Below are positions 52,350-63,835 of a DNA stretch of 64,000 nucleotides, in pieces. Within the stretch, counting starts at the first letter, position 1; each line of letters opens with the position of its first letter. Both the position numbers and the translations under genes were made by a program. This stretch comes from Felis catus (Eukaryota). Location of the stretch: positions 19,656,001 to 19,720,000 of the forward strand of contig NC_058369.1 in assembly GCF_018350175.1 (NCBI RefSeq). Direction: 5' to 3'. The notes beneath the pieces were generated by a model. It saw only the letters and a program-made list of their open reading frames with translations. It ran no database searches and was not told where the DNA came from.

Positions 52350-52569
52350 AAGAGTCTCTTATGTTTTTGTCCCCCTCCCTATTTTTATATTATTTTTGCT
52401 TCCCTTCCTTTATGTTCATCTTTTTTGTGTCTTAAAGTCCTCATATGAGTGAAGTCATATGATATTTGTCTTTCTCTGACTTATTTCGCTTAGCATAATA
52501 CCCTCTAGTTCCATCCATGTAGCTGCAAATGGCAGGATTTCATCCTTTTTGATTGCTGAGTAATACTCC

Positions 52570-52571
<2 letters not shown>

Positions 52572-52615
<44 letters not shown>

Positions 52616-52626
52616 CATATACATAT

Positions 52627-52668
<42 letters not shown>
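52572..52668. repeat. (TG)n - spacer - (CA)n inverted microsatellite
   Basis: Direct reading. Confidence 0.95.
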
Positions 52669-52671
<3 letters not shown>

Positions 52672-54124
52672 GTATCTTCTTTACCCATTTACCTATCCAT
52701 GGGTATTTGGGCTCTTTCCATACTTTGGCTATTGTTGATAGTGCTGCTATAAACATTGGGGTGCATATGCCCCTTCGAAACAGCATACCCGTATCCCTTG
52801 GATAAATACCTAGTAGTGTAATTGCTGGGTCGTAGGGTAGTTCTATTTTTAATTTTTTGAGGAACCTCCATACTGTTTTCCAGAGTGGCTGCATCAGTTT
52901 GCATTCCTACCAGCAATGCCAAAGAGATCCTTTCTCCACATCCACACCAACACCTGTTGTTGCCTAAGTTGTTAATGTTAACGATTCTGACAGATGTGAG
53001 GTGGTATCTCATTGCGGTTTTGATGATGAGTGATGTTGAGCATTTTTTCATGTGTCGGTTGGCCATCTGGAGGTCTTCTTTGGAAAAGTGTCTATTTATG
53101 TCTTTTGCCCATTTCTTCACTGGATTATTTGTTTTTTGGGTGTTGTGTCTGATGAGTTCTTTATAGATTTTGGATACTAACCCTTTATCTGATATGTCGT
53201 TTGCAAATATCTTCTCCCATTCCGTTGGTTGCCTTTTAGTTTTGCTGATTGTTTCCTTCACTGTGTAGAAGCTTTTTATTTTGATGAGATCCCAAAAGTT
53301 CATTTTTGCTTTTGTTTCCCTTGCCTCCGGAGATGTGTTGAGTAAGAAGTTGCTGCAGTCAAGCTCAAAGAGGTTTTTGCCTGCTTTCTCCTCAGGGATT
53401 TTGATGGTTTCCTGTCTTACATTTAGGTTTTTCATCCATTTTGAGCTTATTTTTGTGTATGATGTAGGAAAGTGGTCCAGGTTCATTTTTCTGCATGTCG
53501 CTGTCCAGTTTTCTCAGCACCACTTCCTGAAGAGACTGTCTTTATTCCATTGGATATTTTTTCCTGCTTTGTCAAAGATTAGTTGGTCATACGTTTGTGG
53601 GTCCATTTCTGTTTTTTTTATTCTATTCCGTTGATATGAGTATCTGTTTCTTTGCTAGTACCATACTGTCTTGATGATTACAGCTTTGTAATACAGCTTG
53701 AAGTCCGGGATTGTGATGCCTCCAGCTTTGGTTTTCTTTTTCAAGATTGCTTTGGTTATTCAGGATATTTTCTGGTTCCATACAAATATTAGGATTGTTT
53801 GTTCTAGCTCTGTGAAGAATGCTGGTGTTATTTTGATAGGGATTGCTTTGAGTATATGTAGATTGCTTTGGGTAGTAGCGACATTTTAACAATGTTTGTT
53901 CTAATCCATGAGCATGGAATATTTTTCCATTTGCTTTGTGTCTTCTTCAGTTTCTTTCATAAGCTTTTTACAGTTTTCAGTGTATATTTTATCTATTCTT
54001 ATCTTGATGAATAGTTGGGTTGTTTCCAGTTCTGGGCTATTGTGAATAAAGTTGCTGTGAACATTCTTGTGGAAGTTATTTGTTTTGAGTCACTTTGGTG
54101 AGGGGTTTATCAATTTTTCTGCAT

Positions 54125-55387
54125 CTTTTTTTTTTTTTTACTGAAGTATAGTTGATGCACAGTGTTACATTAATTTTAGGTGAATAACATAGTGATTCAA
54201 CAACTCTAGGTTATGCTATGCTCATCACAAGTATAGTTAACCATCTGTCACCATATAACATTATTATAGTAGCATTGATTAATATTCCCTATACTGTACC
54301 TTTCATCCCTGTGACGTTCATTCCATAAGTGAAACCTGTACCTTCCACTCTCCACCCATTTGCCCATTTCTTCAAATGCTGCCCCTCTGGCAACTACCAG
54401 TTAGTTCTGTGTAATAATGGGTCTTTTTCTGTGTTTTTTTGGTCTGTTTTGTTTTTAGATTCCACACATAAGTGAAATAATATGGTATTTTTCTTTTTCT
54501 TTCTAACTTACCTCACTTAGCATAATATCCTCTAGGTCCATCCATATTGCTGTGAATGGCAAGGTTTCTTTCTTTTTTATGAGCAATATTTCATTGTGTA
54601 TATACACATATATATGTATACCGCATCTTCTTTATTCATCTACTTACAGACACTTAGGTTGCTTCTATATCTTGGCTATTGTAAATAATGCTACAGTAAA
54701 CATAGGGCTGCTTATATCTTTTTGAATTAGTGTTCTCATTTTCTTTGGGTAAATACCTAGTAGTGGAATTACCAGGTCATATGGCATTTCTGTTTTTAAT
54801 TTTTTGAGGAGCCTCCATACTGTTTTCTGCAGTGTTTGTACCAATTTACATTCCCATGATGAGTGTTCCCTTTTCTCCACATTCTCACCAACACTTACTA
54901 CTTTTTGTCTTTTTGATACTAGCGATTCAGAGAACTTACTTTATTTTTATTTTTTGTGAGCAAAATGTAGCTCTTTTTTGTTTCAGGAGTAGAATTTAAT
55001 GATTCATCACTTACATATAATACCCAGTGTTCACCATAACAAGTGCCCTCCTTAATAGCCATCACCCATTTAGCCCATCTCCCTCTGTCAACCCTTAGTT
55101 TTCTATCATGAAGAGTCTTTTGTAGTTTCATTCCCTCCCTCTCTTTTTTCCTCCTTCCCATATGTTCATCAGTTTTGTTTCCTAAATTCCCACATATGAT
55201 TGAAATCGTATGGTTTTTTTCTCTGACTGACTTGTTTCGCTAGACATAATACACTTTAGCTCCATCCACATCATTGCAAATGGCAAGATTTCATTATTTT
55301 TGATGGCTGAGTAATATTTCCCACATCTTCTGTATCCATGTCGTTGCAAATAGCAAGATTTCATTTCTTTATGGTTGAGTAATATTC

Positions 55388-55439
<52 letters not shown>

Positions 55440-55520
55440 TACATCTTCTTTATTCATCTGTGGATGGACAGTTGGGTTGCTTCCATATCTTGGCTGTTGT
55501 AAATTATGATGCAATAAATA
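54125..55520 (-). mobile_element. Cluster of antisense L1 3' ends, with (TG)n at about 55394-55437
   Basis: Repeated L1 3'UTR/ORF2-end antisense motifs (KKLKTEMPYDLVIPLLGIYP; EILPFAMMWMEL). Confidence 0.75.
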
Positions 55521-55645
55521 TGGGATTCTGATTGGTATGACATATTTTCTCTGTTGTACATTTGTTTATTTCATTAATTTCTGTTTATATTTTTATTATG
55601 AGTACTTTGTTTCTCAAAGTACATTCATATTTATTTGATGATTCT

Positions 55646-56077
55646 GTTTTTCTCAATGTTTGTTTTTGAGAGAGAGAGACAGAGTGCAAGTGGGGCAGGG
55701 GTAGAGAGAGAGGGAGACACAGAATCCGAAGCAGGCTTCAGGCTCTGAACTGTCAGCACAGAGCAGGGCTTGAACTCATGAACTGTGAGATCATGACTTG
55801 AGCCAAAGTCAGATACTTAATTGACTGAGCCACCCAGGTGTCCCTATTTAGTTATTCTTTGTAAAACTATCTGTTTTGGGGTGTCTGGGTGACTCAGTTA
55901 AGCATCTGACTCTTGATTTCATTCAGCTCAGGTTATGACCTCACAGTTGTGGGATCGAACCCTGTGTTGTGGTCGTGGGATCCACACCCAATGTGGAGCC
56001 TGCTTGAGATTCTCTCTCTCCCTCTCCTCCTACTCCTCCCCTGTGCATACATGTGCTCTCTCTTTCTCAAAAAAAAA
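55646..56077. mobile_element. Head-to-head Can-SINE pair (55646-55844 -, 55877-56077 +)
   Basis: Two SINE bodies in opposite orientation about 30 bp apart. Confidence 0.85.
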
Positions 56078-56429
56078 GCCTGTTATATTAGATCAGAAGC
56101 CTCCAGTGTTTATTTCTTTTTAAGTAATTGAAGTATATTTGCCCCAGAAGGACAGGTGAACGTAAGTCATGCTGATGGAGAGAGACACTCTGATTACAGA
56201 AGCATTTTCACACACATGCACATACCACTGAGGAACAGTAATTTTGCCAAAATATATTTCGGTATTCTGAGCTACTTAATATTACTGCTCAAAATACAGA
56301 TTAAGTTGAAAGGGGCTTAGAAATTTGAAAGATGAATTAGCAAAGAAGGGAGAGTATATATTTAAGAAAAGTTAGGGCTTAATTTCAGTGACATTGACCT
56401 TGTCCCAGTATTTAAAAATGCTAACAGAT

Positions 56430-56630
56430 GGGGTGCCTGGGTGACTCAGACTTTAGCTCAGGTCATGATCTTGCAGTTCGTGAGTTTGAGCCTCACATCG
56501 AGCCCCATATTGGGCTCTCTGCTGTCAGTGTGGAGCCTGCTTCAGATCTTTTGTCTTCCTCTCTCTGCCCCTCCCCTGCTCACGTGCATTCTCTCTGGTT
56601 CTCTGAAAAATAAATAAATATTAAAAAATC
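56430..56630 (+). mobile_element. Can-SINE about 40 nt upstream of the DOCK3 exon
   Basis: SINE body with A tail; TSD aaaatgctaa(ca/tt)gatg at 56415-56430 and 56634-56649. Confidence 0.88.
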
Positions 56631-56670
56631 TTTAAAATGCTAATTGATGTGTTTCCCTTTGTTTTTCTAG

Positions 56671-56754
56671 TGATATGCAGCTTTCGAGGATCTGTCCCTC
56701 AAGGGTTGGTCTTAGAAATAGGAGAAACGGTCCAGATTTTTGAAAAATGTGAAG
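56671..56754 (+). CDS. DOCK3: DOCK3 internal coding exon (second coding exon, SH3 domain, 84 nt, phase 1-1)
   Basis: Polypyrimidine tract and acceptor (gtttccctttgtttttctag|, 56651-56670); donor GAAG|GTAAGT at 56755; branch-like TGCTAAT at 56638-56644. Translates to (V)ICSFRGSVPQGLVLEIGETVQIFEKCE(G), matching my recollection of human DOCK3 residues 13-41 (VICSFRGSVPQGLVLEIGETVQILEKCEG) and not DOCK4 (VIASFRGTVPYGLSLEIGDTVQ). Too short for the ORF track. Confidence 0.95.
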
Positions 56755-56793
56755 GTAAGTATGGATGTATACAGCACACAAATAGTGATGCTT

Positions 56794-56961
56794 TTGGGTA
56801 GCATTATATATATTTATTTTGTGGTAATAGATTATCAGCAATCGTTTTGAAATGATAAGCAACCACATTATGGTACATTGGGTAGCATTATATATATTTA
56901 TTTTGTGGTAATAGATTATCAGCAATTGTTTTGAAACCATAACCAACCACATTATGGTACA
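56794..56961. repeat. Tandem duplication, 2 x 84 bp
   Basis: 56794-56877 versus 56878-56961, 4 mismatches. Confidence 0.95.
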
Positions 56962-57350
56962 TTGTTATAAAATCCTTCCTGATTTTTATCATAAAGGTAT
57001 GAGCTGTTTTGGCTCTAATAGCAACAATTAAATAACTAATTGTTAGCTCTCAGAATGTAATTTTTACATATTATGTCAAATGATTAATTTTGATTTTACA
57101 ATCAAATAGATAATTTTCTACCCATGCTTAGCTGCATTTGAATAGAATTGAATTGTAATTAGTTCATCTGTGTGTTTCTGTTTGATTGGCTGGACATGAT
57201 GATCAGTTATAATTAAAACAAGGCAGTAAATATGTGCTCAAATGAAGTTTGGCTTGACTATTAGCCTCTTCTGTGACATATGTGAGTATTTCTGCTGTAA
57301 CATTTATGTATTATTGAACATGTGATATTTTTCAAAATCATGTACTCAGG

Positions 57351-57911
57351 AGTACTCCTGTGTCCCTTGGGTAAATTCCTAGCAGTGCTATCGCTGGGTC
57401 ATAGGGTAGGTCTATTTTTAATTTTTTGAGGAACCTCCACACTGTTTTCCAGAGTGGCTGCACCAGTTAGCATTCCCACCAACAGTGCAAGAGGGTTCCC
57501 GTTTCTCCACATCCTCTCCAGCATCTATAGTCTCCTGATTTGTTCATTTTGGCCACTCTGACTGGAGTGAGGTGATATCTGAGTGTGGTTTTGATTTGTA
57601 TTTCCCTCATGAGGAGCGACGTTGAGCATCTTTTCATGTGCCTGTTGGGCATCCGGATGTCTTCTTTAGAGAAGTGTCTATTCATGTTTTCTGCCCATTT
57701 CTTCACTGGGTTGTTTTTCGGGTGTGGAGTTTGGTGAGCTCTTTATAGATTTTGTATACTAGCCCTTTGTCCAATATGTCATTTGCAAATATCTTTTCCC
57801 ATTCCGTTGGTTGCCTTTTAGTTTTGTTGGTTGTTTCCTTTGCTGTGCAGAAGCTTTTTATCTTCATAAGGTCCCAGTAGTTCATTTTTGCTTTTAATTC
57901 CCTTGCCTTTG
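57351..57911 (-). mobile_element. Internal young L1 ORF2 fragment without 3'UTR or poly(A)
   Basis: Very similar to 3925-4489 of the young L1; both ends fall within ORF2. Confidence 0.9.
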
Positions 57912-59740
57912 AAGCTGATTCTAACATTTATATGAAAATGCAGAAGGTTATAAATAGCCAAGATAATCATGAAGAAGGCAATAAACTGGAAATTTTATAC
58001 TACCGGATATCAAGTTTTATTATAAATGAAGACATTGTGGTTTTGGGGTAAAGACAGAATAATGAAACAGAATAGGGAGTCCAGAGACAGACTATCATGT
58101 ATATTGTTCAGTGATATATGAAAAAGGTGATAATTGCAGTGCATTGGGGGAAATGATGTCCTTTACTAGAGGTGATACTGGGCCACCTGGAATAAAAAAA
58201 TGATAGCCTATTCAATAAATGGTATTGTGTCAATATTGAAAGCAATGAATCTTGATCTCTACCTCATACCATTTGCCTTATATACAATTCCAGATGGAAG
58301 GTAGACCTAAATATGAAATGTAAAACCATAATGTACCTTGAAGAAAGTAGAGGCAAATATTCTTCTTGGCCTTTGGGTAGACAGACAATGATTTTTGATA
58401 AGGATCCCAAAGCACTAAGCATAAAGGAAAAGATTGGTAAGTTGTACTTTATTCAAATGAAGATCTGTTGTTCAGAAGACATCATTAAGGAGAGAAAAAA
58501 GGCAGGTTAGAGGGTGAGAGAGATGTTTGACAAGACTTGTATTTGAGTATATAAGGAACTACTACAAATCAAAATTAAGACATTACAATAGAAAAATGAG
58601 CAGAAGGCTTGACTAGGCTTGGCTCTTCACAAAACAGATACTCCAGGGGCGCCTGGGTGGCGCAGTCGGTTAAGCATCCGACTTCAGCCAGTTCATGATC
58701 TCACGGTCCGTGAGTTCGAGCCCCGCGTCGGGCTCTGGGCTGATGACTCAGAGCCTGGAGCCTGTTTCCGATTCTGTGTCTCCCTCTCTCTCTGCCCCTC
58801 CCCCGTTCATGCTCTGTCTCTCTCTGTCCCAAAAATAAATAAACGTTGAAAAAAAAAACAAAACAGATACTCCAGTGGCTCATAAACATATGGAAAGGTG
58901 TTTAATTTCAGTCAGCAGGTAAATACAAATTAAAACCACAGTGAGATACAACAGTACAGCCACTGGAATGACTAAAATCCAAAACACTGGCAATACCAAG
59001 TGCTGGTAAGGATATAAAACAACTGTTAACTTTTATACACTGCTGGTGGGAGAGGAAAAGGGATAACCAGTTTGGAAAAGTATTTGGCACTATTTACTAA
59101 AGTTGAATCAACGCATACTGATGATGTAGCAAATCTCTTTGTAGGTATATATCCAAGAGCCAAATACATGTATAAGATGTTAGTAATTGCCTTATTCATA
59201 ATTGCTGCAAAGTAGGAAAAAACCACATGTTCATCAACAGTAGAATGAGTAAATAAATTGTGGTATATTGCTTCCAATGAATGTGATACGGAATGGAAAA
59301 TGATATATTGTTACTACATACAACAATACGGATGAATATCACAGATACATTCTTGACAGAAGTCAGATGTAAAAGTTTATGTTATGGTTCTGTGCTCATA
59401 AAATACAGAACCAGGTAAAACCAATAGCTGGTGATATTTGTCAGAATAGTGGTTAGAAAACCACTCCTATCTCACTTCTTTTTCTGAGAGTATATCTATG
59501 ATATTGTTGTGTGTAGTAACAATCCATTTTCCTTTCTGTATCACATTCAGCTTAAGGGTGTGTGTATGTGTCAAATGACTGGAAGACAGGAGTGACATTT
59601 GGGATGCTGATAACATTTTACTTATCTGAGTGGTGGACATACAGTTGTATATTCTTTGAAAGTTTACTTAGTTGTAGACTAATGATTTGTACACATATGA
59701 ATGTTACATATCAATAAAAAATTTACTTTAAAAAATAAAA
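57912..59740 (+). mobile_element. Ancient L1M ORF2 end and 3'UTR
   Basis: aagctgattctaacatttatatg ... aataaatggtattg ... old 3'UTR ending caataaaaaatttact. Confidence 0.7.
58646..58858 (+). mobile_element. Young feline Can-SINE
   Basis: TSD caaaacagatactccag at 58630-58646 and 58859-58875. Confidence 0.95.
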
Positions 59741-60559
59741 GGACTTGGAAAAAATTTTTATAAAAGTTAAAAAATGTAACAACATGGAGGCATCTAAAAA
59801 AATGTGCTGAACGAAAGACCCAGATGTGAAAGTTCACATTCTATGTGATTCCACTTATATGAACCTCAAGAACAAGGAACACTACAAATCTGTGGTGATA
59901 GAAGACAGAATAGTGATTTCCTGGGAGAGTATTGACTGGAAAGAGGCATGAAGGAACTTTCAGGGTGATTGAAAATTTGTCTTGATGAAATATGGGTTAC
60001 ATGGCTGTTACATTTGCCAAAGCTTATAGAATGGTACATTCACAATGTGCATTTCACTGTGTGTAAATTATGCATCAGTGAAATGGATTTTTGCTAAAAA
60101 AGGACAAAAGTCAAATTACAGACTGGAAAAACTTTTTTGGTGATATAACTGACAAAGATAAATAGAATATAAAGAACTCATAAACCAGTGAAAACAAGTA
60201 ACAGATGAATAGAAAAATGGAGAAAAATATGACCAGGGATTTCACAGCAGTCTTGTCAGCAGTCAAGGAATAGCAAGTTACAATCAGGATGATGAACAAT
60301 TCCATACTCATTAGAAGACTAAAATGTCTCACATATTGAGTTGTTGGCACAGTTGTTTCAGTGGGCATGCTTATACACTGGGGATATCTTGTGATGGTAT
60401 ATGTGCATATCCTGTGATTTAGCAGTTTAACTTCTAAGTTTATACCTCAACGAAGTGTTTTTAAGGTAGCCTAATAAAATCATAAGTGGGTTACAAATTC
60501 TATTTAGTGCTCACTATCAGCATTAATAAAAAATAGATTAAAGTGTCAAGAGTATATTG

Positions 60560-61948
60560 CTGTATCAGTTATGATCCAATTACAGTAATAATTTGAATAG
60601 GGAACATTTAATATAAATGTTAACTAGTAAAAAGTGGCTACCTATTTACTGAAAGGGGTAAAAAACATTCAAAGGGATATAGAAATAACAAATGCAGAAG
60701 TCAGCAACTACCTCAGCAACTTAGGTAGAGCCAGTAAGCAAGGAACTAAGAATTTAAAAGAATACTCCCTTGCCTCAAGGCAAAGATTCAGATCCTTTTG
60801 GAAAGGTCATGGCTGTCATAGGAACAAGTAGCCTGTCAATGGGGAAGAAACTTTCCAGAGGGCATGGATTGGAACTCATCTATAGGAATAATCTGCTGGG
60901 TAGCAGAAAAACTTACGGAATGACATGAGTGAGCCAGAGCTGTCCATAGGTGTAGCTCCTCAGACTTGCCAGAGCCTAAGAGCCATAGCTTGTCTGTGGA
61001 GGTGACTGAGGTAAGCACCACTGGGCCTCCAACATGCCAGTCACCTGGCTAGGCTGCTTACAATAAAACAACAGTGCACCAGAACCAAGAAAGGAAGCTC
61101 TCCTTTCTGCTCTGGCCTTGCATTGTCCCATTAGTACCCTCTATTGACAAAGCCTAATGCTGGACATTTTGACAAAGAAGAAATGGTGATATGTCTACAT
61201 TAGTCTGGGTTTTCCAGAGAAACAGAACCAGTAGGAGATATGTGTGTATTATATTATACACACATATATATGTGTGTGTATATATATATGTGTGTGTGTG
61301 TGTGCGTATATGTATACATATACACACATATATACATATACACGTATACATACACACACACATATATACATATATACACATATACATACATATACACATA
61401 CACATATATACATATACCCATATACATATATATGTATATATATATTACAAGGAATTGGTTTGCATGGTAATGGAGGCTAACAAATCTCAGCATCTTCAAT
61501 TGGCAAGCTAGAGAACCAAGAGAACCAATGTTCTAGTCACAGTCAGAAGGCCTGAGAACCAGGAGAACTGATGGTGTTAAGTTCCAGTCTGATTCCAAGC
61601 CTGAATGCAGAAGACCAGAGTCCTAGCTTGAAAACAGGCAGAGAAAGTGAAATCTCTCTTACTCCATCTATTTTTTTATATTCAGGCCTTCAGTAAATTG
61701 GATGAGGCCCGCCCACATTGGGGAAGACAATATGCTTTACTCAGTTTGCTAATAAAAAATGTCACAGTATGATCCAGAAATGCTCTCACAGACACACCTA
61801 GAATAATATTTAACCAACTATCTGGGCACTCGGGTGGCCCAGATAGTTGATACATAGGATTAAACATCATAGGGTTCACTTCCAGGATTAAAAAGCAGGT
61901 TAGAGAAAGGTAGATTTGGTGCAGGGGTAGTCAGTTGGTATCTGGCTC
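60560..61948. mobile_element. Old ERVL-type LTR (LTR33-like) split by the MLT2
   Basis: ccctctattgacaaagcctaat before the MLT2 and agcaggttagagaaaggtagatttgg after it resemble a recalled LTR33 consensus. Confidence 0.4.
61197..61871 (-). mobile_element. MLT2 (ERVL) solo LTR with an internal compound TA/CA/TG microsatellite (about 61240-61445)
   Basis: Ends attagtctgggttttccagagaaacagaacc and gttgatacataggattaaacatca, and internal ggatgaggcccgcccacattgggga, all typical of MLT2 as recalled. Confidence 0.82.
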
Positions 61949-63651
61949 AATTGCATGTAACATCATTAAATGTTTTTTCCTTGAGATTTGCTTCAATTTT
62001 ATGTGTATGGGATTGTGATATAAAATATATTTCTAAATCTGGGCCATGGTAAAAAATATTTGAATGTATTGATCTGGAGAAACTTCTATATATGTACACA
62101 TAAAGACACCTACAGCATTGTGTGTAGTAGTAAAAAATTGATAACATCCTAAATGTCTACCAACAAGAGAAGGTTAGAGAAATAAATTATGGGATATAAC
62201 ATACATCATGGTGATTATAGTTAATAATACTGTATTATATACTTGAAAGTTGCTAAGAGTAGATCTCAAATGTCACCATAAAAAAGAAATGGTAATTATG
62301 TGACTTGATGGAAGTGTCAGCTTGCTTTTATGGTTCTAATAATTTTGCAGTATGTAAGTGTATCAAATCAACATGTTGTATACCTTAAATTTACACAATG
62401 TTGTATGTCAATTATAGCTCAATAAAGCTGGAAAAAATTTTAAAATAAAAGCAATAAAATAAATTAATAAAACAACATGAGAAATAACGCACTTATGTTT
62501 CTTTTTATTATTTTTTTCTATTTTATTCTTATGTATTCACTCTGTAGTGGAACATAAGACTTTAGTTCAGTTATTCTTTCCTATCCCAAAGATATATAAA
62601 CATGCTTCTTACATTCTTCCAATATACTTATCATCCTTGTTAAATTAGTATTTTTTTATTACTGTAATTAATTCATGGCTGATCTATATAGCATATTGTC
62701 ATTATATCTTGTATTACCGTTTTGTTCATCTAGAATTAATATTTGACATATATATTTAAAAATATATATTTATATACTTTATATATACATGTATCACCTT
62801 TGCTTTACCCATTTATCTACTGATGGACACTTACATTGTTTCTGTGTTTTGACTATTGTGAATAATGCTGCAGTGAACCTGGAATACAGGTATCTAGTTT
62901 TAAGTTTTTCAGCAACTTCCATACTGTTTTCCTTAGTGGCTGTACCAATTTACATTCCCATCAACAGTGTACCAGGGTTCCTTTTTCTCTACACCCTTGT
63001 GAACATTTGTTATCTCTTGTCTTTTTGATGGTACCCATCCTAACAGGTGTGAGGTGATATCTCTTTGTGGTTTTGATTTGGAATTTTGATTTAGAAATTG
63101 TTTTGTGACAGCAGTCAGGGGACCTCAGACTATTACTTGATTTTGGTTGGTTAGTTAATGTTATTTTCCCTGTCATAAATAATGTCAGAATCTAATTGTT
63201 GAAAGAGCCAATTCAGGTGGGTACTCTGTCTTCATCACATCCCCTCTAAGCAAGAATTACATTTAAATTCACTTGCTGGGCTCATGCTTGTAAATGAAAG
63301 TATGTAAAAAAAAATCTCTGGTTTCATTATTGAGACAGTGTTTGTTGCTTATAACATACGCTTTATGCTTGAAGATTCCTGCCAATTATCCAGATTGTGT
63401 CTGTTTCCTGATTTGTTGTCTGTATAGCTCTCTGAAGACCTCTTATTCATGCCCTGTTTTATTATCTAGATTCATGATCCATAGCCTGATTTGACTTTGA
63501 GTCTCCTGCTGTAGATTTCTCACTCAGTTCCAGTTTCCACTTTACCTTGAACATTTCTATCCCCTTCCTCCATTATCTTAGTCTGATTTGCCTTAGGTGC
63601 CTATTCCTGTGCTGTCCTTAGCCCTAAAATTGATGCTTTCTTTTCTTTTCC

Positions 63652-63835
63652 CTTTTTTAAAAAGTTTATTTATTTATTTTGAGAGAGAAAAAGAGAGTGT
63701 AATTGGGGGAGGGTAGAGAGAGAAGGAGACAGAGAGAATCCCAAGCAGGCTCTGCATTGTCAGTGCAGAGTGCAATGTGGGGCTAGAACTACTGAACCAA
63801 AACAAACTGTGACCTGAGTTGAAATCAAGAGTTGG
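63652..63835 (-). mobile_element. Can-SINE lacking its head, joined to L1 ORF2
   Basis: SINE tail and body end at gaaatcaagagttgg. Confidence 0.82.

Larger units (their letters stand above)
51190..54060 (-). mobile_element. Old L1M 3' end hosting a SINE (51787-52000) and a truncated carnivore L1 of about 2 kb (about 52050-53985)
   Basis: Antisense ORF2 C-terminus (ORF 52689-53486: [21 protein letters not shown]) and 3'UTR. Confidence 0.85.

Noticed and set aside
56632..56952. 106-aa minus-strand ORF with an internal repeat
   Set aside because: Antisense to the DOCK3 exon plus the 84-bp duplication; no coding evidence.
9350..58849. Recurring ORFs like GAPGWRSRLSVRLQPGHDLAVREFEP and FLGQRETEHERGRGRERG
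   Set aside because: Translations of Can-SINE copies, not a protein family.
61154..61511. His/Tyr/Ile- and Cys/Val-rich ORFs in several frames (also 52455-52805)
   Set aside because: Microsatellite translations.
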